From the NCBI GenBank assembly GCA_963798085.1, contig CAWCRS010000005.1, forward strand, positions 160,001 to 224,000: a stretch of 64,000 nucleotides of DNA. The letters run 5' to 3'. Position numbers and translations under genes: made by a program. The notes beneath the pieces were generated by a model. That model made no database searches and was not told where the DNA came from. It worked only from the letters and a program-made list of their open reading frames with translations. This stretch comes from an uncultured Gemmatimonadales bacterium. GTDB taxonomy: Bacteria; Gemmatimonadota; Gemmatimonadetes; Longimicrobiales; RSA9. Positions within the stretch are counted from its first letter, which is position 1. Every line of letters starts with the position of its first letter. Below, in pieces: positions 59,412 to 64,000 of this stretch.

Positions 59412-60884
59412 ATGAACAGGGTCAAGGCGTTCCTGCTGGTCCAGATTGCGCTTCTCCTCATCGTACTGTCCTCGCCGCGTGTCGTTCAGGCGCAGATCCC
59501 GGCCAGCGAATTCGCTGCCCGACGCGATTCTCTCGCCAGGCGGGTGGGGAACGGCGTCGTCGTCGCCTTCGGCGGGCGCACACTGGTCAACGACTTCGGC
59601 ACGTTCTTCCAGCTGCCGTCCTTCCACTACCTCACGAACTTCGATGAGCCCGATGCGGGCTTCGTCATGGTCGTGCATGATGGCAAGGGCGCGAGCACGA
59701 TCTTCGTCACGCCCAGCGATCCTCGCCGCGCCTTTTATTACGGCCGCCGGCCGGACACGGCCACGGTGCAGCGCGACTTCGGTGTGGGCGCCCGGTCGTT
59801 CCAGGCGCTCGCCGGTGTGCTCGATTCACTGGCGCGCAGCGGGCAGCCCTTCTACACGCTCGCGGACTACGAAGACGCGGATTTCGCGCGCGCCGACTCG
59901 CTCACGCGCGGGCAGGCCTTCATGCGTGCGTTCGCGGCGAAACACGCCGGCGTGACCGTGCACGATGCGCAGCGCATCGTCGAGCAGCTTCGGGCCCACA
60001 AGAGCGAAGCCGAGATGGCACTGCTGCGCAAGGCGGCGGAGATCAGCTCGGAGGGTCATCGCGCCGCCATGCTCACGGCAGATCCCAGGCATGAGTACGA
60101 GCTGCGCGCAGCACTCGAGTTCACGTTCACCCGTCTGGGCGCGGAGCGGCCGGCATACGGCTCCATCGTGGGCGCGGGCGCGAATGGTACGCAGCTCCAC
60201 TACATGAAGGACACGGCGCAGGCGAAGCCCGGCGACCTCGTCGTGATGGATGCCGCTGGCGAGTACCACGGCTATGCCGCCGACATCACGCGCACCATTC
60301 CCGTGAGCGGGACGTTCACGCCCGCGCAGCGCGAGATCTATCAGCTGGTACGCGATGGGCAGGCAGCGGCCGAGCGCAATTCGAAGGCGGGCATGAAGCA
60401 GCAGATGGCGCAGGACTCATCGTTCATCGTGCGCGCACAGGGACTGGCGAAACTGGGTCTGGTGGAGAGTGCGGACGCGCAGTTCGATCCGCCCTGGCCA
60501 GCCAACTGTTCACAGGGCAACGCCTGCAGCCAGGCGAACCTCTGGTTCATCCACGGCATCAGCCACGGACTCGGACTGGCCGTGCACGATCCCGCGCAGT
60601 TCTCCTTCGGCGACCGTACCTACAAGGTGGGCGACGCCTTCACGATCGAGCCGGGAATCTACATCTCGACGGCATCGCTCGACGTGCTGCCGGACACGCC
60701 GCGCAACCGCGCTTTCATTGCAAAGGTGAAGGCCGCGGTGCTGAAGTACCAGAACACCGGTGTTCGCATCGAGGACGACTACCTCATCACGGACAAAGGC
60801 CTCGAGCGCATCAGCACGGCGCCACGCGAGATCGGCGAAATCGAGGCGCTGCTGAAGAAGCGGCGGCCGGCGGTCATCAGCTGA
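59412..60884 (+). CDS. secreted Xaa-Pro aminopeptidase (M24B)
   Basis: signal peptide, KSEAE, VVMDAAGEYHGYAADITRT, HGISHGLGLAVHD, TIEPGIY, GVRIEDD. Confidence 0.93.
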   Translation: MNRVKAFLLVQIALLLIVLSSPRVVQAQIPASEFAARRDSLARRVGNGVVVAFGGRTLVNDFGTFFQLPSFHYLTNFDEPDAGFVMVVHDGKGASTIFVTPSDPRRAFYYGRRPDTATVQRDFGVGARSFQALAGVLDSLARSGQPFYTLADYEDADFARADSLTRGQAFMRAFAAKHAGVTVHDAQRIVEQLRAHKSEAEMALLRKAAEISSEGHRAAMLTADPRHEYELRAALEFTFTRLGAERPAYGSIVGAGANGTQLHYMKDTAQAKPGDLVVMDAAGEYHGYAADITRTIPVSGTFTPAQREIYQLVRDGQAAAERNSKAGMKQQMAQDSSFIVRAQGLAKLGLVESADAQFDPPWPANCSQGNACSQANLWFIHGISHGLGLAVHDPAQFSFGDRTYKVGDAFTIEPGIYISTASLDVLPDTPRNRAFIAKVKAAVLKYQNTGVRIEDDYLITDKGLERISTAPREIGEIEALLKKRRPAVIS

Positions 60885-61158
60885 GCGGGCACTGCCGCGC
60901 GGCTCCGCGCAGGGCCGCGCAGGACCAGGAGCGAGTCGATACGCCTGGCCCTGCGCGCAGAGCCGCGCACTGACAAGTCAGGGCATTTCCCGGCCGCACC
61001 CGGGGTGGCCCTTGTTGCGGACGGTGCAGGCTGAACCGATCCGGGCCATGCGGACCGTGTCTACGGTAACGGCGGGCGGTGTTGCGGCGGGCGGCACAGG
61101 CGACAGATTCCCCGGTACCCAAGCCCGCTGATCTTTCCTGCGCAGGTGGTGTGCAGCG

Positions 61159-62264
61159 ATGACGGTGCCAGACAACGCCGGGTCCTTTGCCATTGCGCCG
61201 CCCATCGAGCCGATGCTGGCGAAGCTGGCGGAAAAACTGCCGAGCGGGGGCTCGTTCTTGTTCGAGCCGAAATGGGATGGTTTCCGCGCGCTGGTCTTCC
61301 GCGGCGAGCAGGACGTGTACATCCAGAGTCGCGACCTGCGCCCGCTGGATCGCTACTTCCCGGAGCTGCACGATGTGCTGCTCGCGCGTCTGCCGGCCGG
61401 GTGCGTGCTGGATGGCGAGATCGTGATCGCGACGGCGCGGGGTCTGGACTTCGAAGCGCTTCAGATGCGACTGCATCCGGCGGCATCCCGGGTGGCGAAG
61501 CTGGCGCAGGAGACACCATTGGCATTTGTCGCCTTCGATATTCTGGCGGTGGGCGGACGCACGGTGATGGACCAGCCGCAGAGCGAGCGCCGCTTGCTGC
61601 TGGAGCAGTTGCTCGCCGGTGCGCAACCGCCCGTGCACCTCACGCCCATGACACGCGACGCCGGGACCGCGGCGCGCTGGCTGGACGAATTCGAGGGTGC
61701 GGGGCTGGACGGCGTAGTGGCCAAGCCGGTGGACGCGCCGTATCAGCCGGGCAAACGCGCCATGATCAAGATCAAGCATGCGCGCACGGCGGACTGTGTG
61801 GTGGCGGGTTTCCGCTGGTACAAGACCGGGCGTGACATGATCGGCTCGCTGCTGCTGGGCATTATGATGACACGGGGCGGCTGCAGCATGTCGGGGTCAC
61901 GTCATCGTTCACCATGACGACGCGACGTGAGCTGGTTGCCGAGCTGGCGCCGCTGCGCGAGGGCGCGCTGGACGGCCACCCGTGGCGCGAGTGGGCCATG
62001 GCGCCGGGCAGCGAGCCTCGCCGTGTGCCGGGCATGCAGAGCCGGTGGAGCGCGGGGAAGGACCTTTCGTGGGAGCCGCTGCGCGTCGAGCGCGTGTGCG
62101 AGGTGAAGTACGACCACATGCAGGGCAGCCGTTTCCGCCATGCCGCGACGTTTCTGCGCTGGCGGCCGGACAAGCACCCGGCTGACTGCCGCTACGAACA
62201 GCTGGAGGTAACCGTTCCTTATCAGCTGGACGACGTGTTCGTTTCAGGATCGAAGGGTGCCTGA
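61159..62264 (+). CDS. ATP-dependent DNA ligase, LigC-type (apparent frameshift near 61862)
   Basis: [30 protein letters not shown]; alternative frame restores YDDTGRLQHVGV and EVKYDHMQGSRFRH..RWRPDK. Confidence 0.88.
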
Positions 62265-62308
62265 CGCGGGTCGGCGGCGCACATCCCGCTTCTCCGGAGG
62301 GCACCGCC

Positions 62309-62575
62309 TCAGCGGAACATGGCGGGATTGATCTCGAGAGAGATTTCCATGATGCGATCGGCAGGCAGGCCGGCCCGGCGCGCGTGTTCGGCCACGGCTT
62401 CGGCGCTGGGCGCGTCGTATTCGCAGTAGATCTTGCCCGCCACATCGGAAACATAGCTGCGGATCCAGATCACCTCCGGCATGTCATCCAGGACTGCGTT
62501 GGATCGGCGACCGGCTGCGTCGAGTTGTTCGCGGGTGAGTGAGCCGACATTTCGTTCGATGATGTAACGCGGCAT
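62309..62575 (-). CDS. DUF4242 family small protein
   Basis: MPRYIIER, WIRSYV, KIYCEYDAP, EHARRAGLPADRI. Confidence 0.85.
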   Translation of the reverse strand: MPRYIIERNVGSLTREQLDAAGRRSNAVLDDMPEVIWIRSYVSDVAGKIYCEYDAPSAEAVAEHARRAGLPADRIMEISLEINPAMFR

Positions 62576-62614
62576 TGGCTTCCTTCCGGCTGCTCAGGGC
62601 ATTGAGATTCCAGA

Positions 62615-64000
62615 TCAGAGCGCATCACAGGCTGCCAGCAACTCGGCGTCCGCGCAAGCACCTGCCAGGGCGCGTGCCTGCTGTGCGAGGCGATCGGCCT
62701 CGTGCGTATCCGCGAGCCTCGCCTGCGTCCGTGCCAGAAAATAGAGCATCCAGGCCTCACCCCGCTGGTCGGCGGTGCGCCGGCGGATCTCGAGCGACGC
62801 CTGGAAGTGGCGCAGTGCTCCTGCCGCATCGCCGTTGTCCAGTGTGATCTCGCCCAGCAGTGCAAGCGCGTGTCCTTCGAGTTGCGCCAGTCCCGCGCGC
62901 CGATGGTGCGCGAGCGCCTGCTCGAGCAGCTGGCGGGCATCCTCAGCGCGGCTCATGGCACGCAGGGTCGCCGCCAGGCTGTTGAGCATCAGCCCCTCGC
63001 CGGCGTCATCTCTTTGCTCCCGGAAGAGCGCGAGAGCGCGCTCGTACTCGGCCATGGCGGCATCGTGATCCCGACGCGACCAGGCGATGATGCCGAGCTT
63101 GTTGCGCGCCCGGGCCTCGGCTACACCATCGCCGCAGCGCGCGTACAGTGCGGCGGCGGCACGCCAGGCGGTCCCGGCCCCCTGCGTATCGCCGTCGCGC
63201 TCGAGCGTCGTCGCAATATGGCTGCGCATCTGCGCCTCACCGGCGGCGTCCTCGAGCTGCGCGAACAGCTCCGCCGCTTCCTGCAGTGACGCCAGCGCCT
63301 CGGTGCGCCGTCCCAGTCCCACGAGCACTTCGCCCAGCATGCGCAGCGACTGCACCAGACCCGGCACGAAGCGCGCGCGCCGCGTCAGGTCGACCGCGGC
63401 GCGATAATACTCCAGTGCTTCATCGATACTCCCGGCGCGCAGGTGGATGTGCGCGAGGGATGTGTAGTGATAGGAGAGCTGGATGGGCAGGCGCTTGCCG
63501 GCTGTCAGCACGCGTGCGCGTTCGAGGTAGTCGCGGCGCGTCTGTTCGTCGCCCAGCTCGCCATACACGTTCGCCAGATTGTGCAGCAGGTAGCTCTCCA
63601 TCAGGGCGACATCGCCGCGTACGCCGCTGTCTACGCCGAGCGGCTCCACGATACGCCGAGCCAGCTCGAGGCCTGCCAGCAGCTGTGTGCGGGCGCGCTC
63701 CAGAGCGCCAATGCCCTTGAGGATGTAGCCCAGGTTGGAGAGGTCGCCGACAATGGCGAGGTCATCGCCGCGTACGCGATCAATGGCCAGCGCCTCCTCC
63801 ACGAGGGCCAGGGCTTCGGCGTCGCGATGCTGGTGCACGCGCAGCAGGCCCAGGCTGCGCAGGGTGTTGCGCTGTCCCTGTGCATCGCCGGTCGCGCGCC
63901 GGATCTCGAGGGAGCGCAGGAGCGCGGCTTCGGCGTCGTCGAAACGGCGCAGCAGCGTGTACAGATCGCCCTGGCGCACGCACACTTCTGCGAGCGTGGG
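62615..64000 (-). CDS. tetratricopeptide-repeat protein, C-terminal part (runs off window)
   Basis: about 10 TPR-like repeats (LG...G...AL....AL...R..GD..GEA). Confidence 0.85.
   Translation of the reverse strand, partial: PTLAEVCVRQGDLYTLLRRFDDAEAALLRSLEIRRATGDAQGQRNTLRSLGLLRVHQHRDAEALALVEEALAIDRVRGDDLAIVGDLSNLGYILKGIGALERARTQLLAGLELARRIVEPLGVDSGVRGDVALMESYLLHNLANVYGELGDEQTRRDYLERARVLTAGKRLPIQLSYHYTSLAHIHLRAGSIDEALEYYRAAVDLTRRARFVPGLVQSLRMLGEVLVGLGRRTEALASLQEAAELFAQLEDAAGEAQMRSHIATTLERDGDTQGAGTAWRAAAALYARCGDGVAEARARNKLGIIAWSRRDHDAAMAEYERALALFREQRDDAGEGLMLNSLAATLRAMSRAEDARQLLEQALAHHRRAGLAQLEGHALALLGEITLDNGDAAGALRHFQASLEIRRRTADQRGEAWMLYFLARTQARLADTHEADRLAQQARALAGACADAELLAACDAL

Noticed and set aside
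60897..60968. Long GC-rich intergenic hairpins (also about 29468-29522, 38991-39086, 9727-9747, 38210-38275) as one repeat family
   Set aside because: They share no primary sequence; single GC-rich 3' stem-loops are expected in this genome

Overview
High-GC bacterial chromosomal window. Gene content (PadR/ADOP permease pairs, tandem secreted amidohydrolases, WaaA, many hybrid kinases) suggests Gemmatimonadota or a similar lineage; this is inference only. Left part: a complete histidine operon (hisG-hisD/hisC-hisH-hisA-hisB-hisF-hisN-hisIE) preceded by a sigma70 promoter, a His-rich leader peptide and an attenuator. hisD and hisC are fused in frame, and about 8 apparent frameshifts are concentrated in the operon. 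Next come an MCP, an ABC exporter, WaaA(+rhodanese), an acyltransferase, an orphan adenine methyltransferase, three amidohydrolases and leuS. Centre: an rRNA-free array of 22 same-strand tRNA genes (29.6-33.3 kb). It contains two related tandem-repeat arrays (74-bp and 78-bp units) in inverted orientation that bracket four tRNAs, plus a solo copy, and all three share a terminal motif that abuts a tRNA end. This is the strongest candidate for an undescribed element. Right part: two PadR-ADOP modules, uncharacterised lipoproteins, mscL, a signalling cluster (three hybrid histidine kinases, one with a degenerate GGDEF domain, and a REC-HD-GYP protein), tRNA-Pro(GGG), a molybdo-oxidoreductase trio, Xaa-Pro peptidase, a frameshifted ATP-dependent ligase and a truncated TPR protein. 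No CRISPR array, rRNA, integrase or transposase was recognised. All family calls come from reading motifs by eye, not from database searches.
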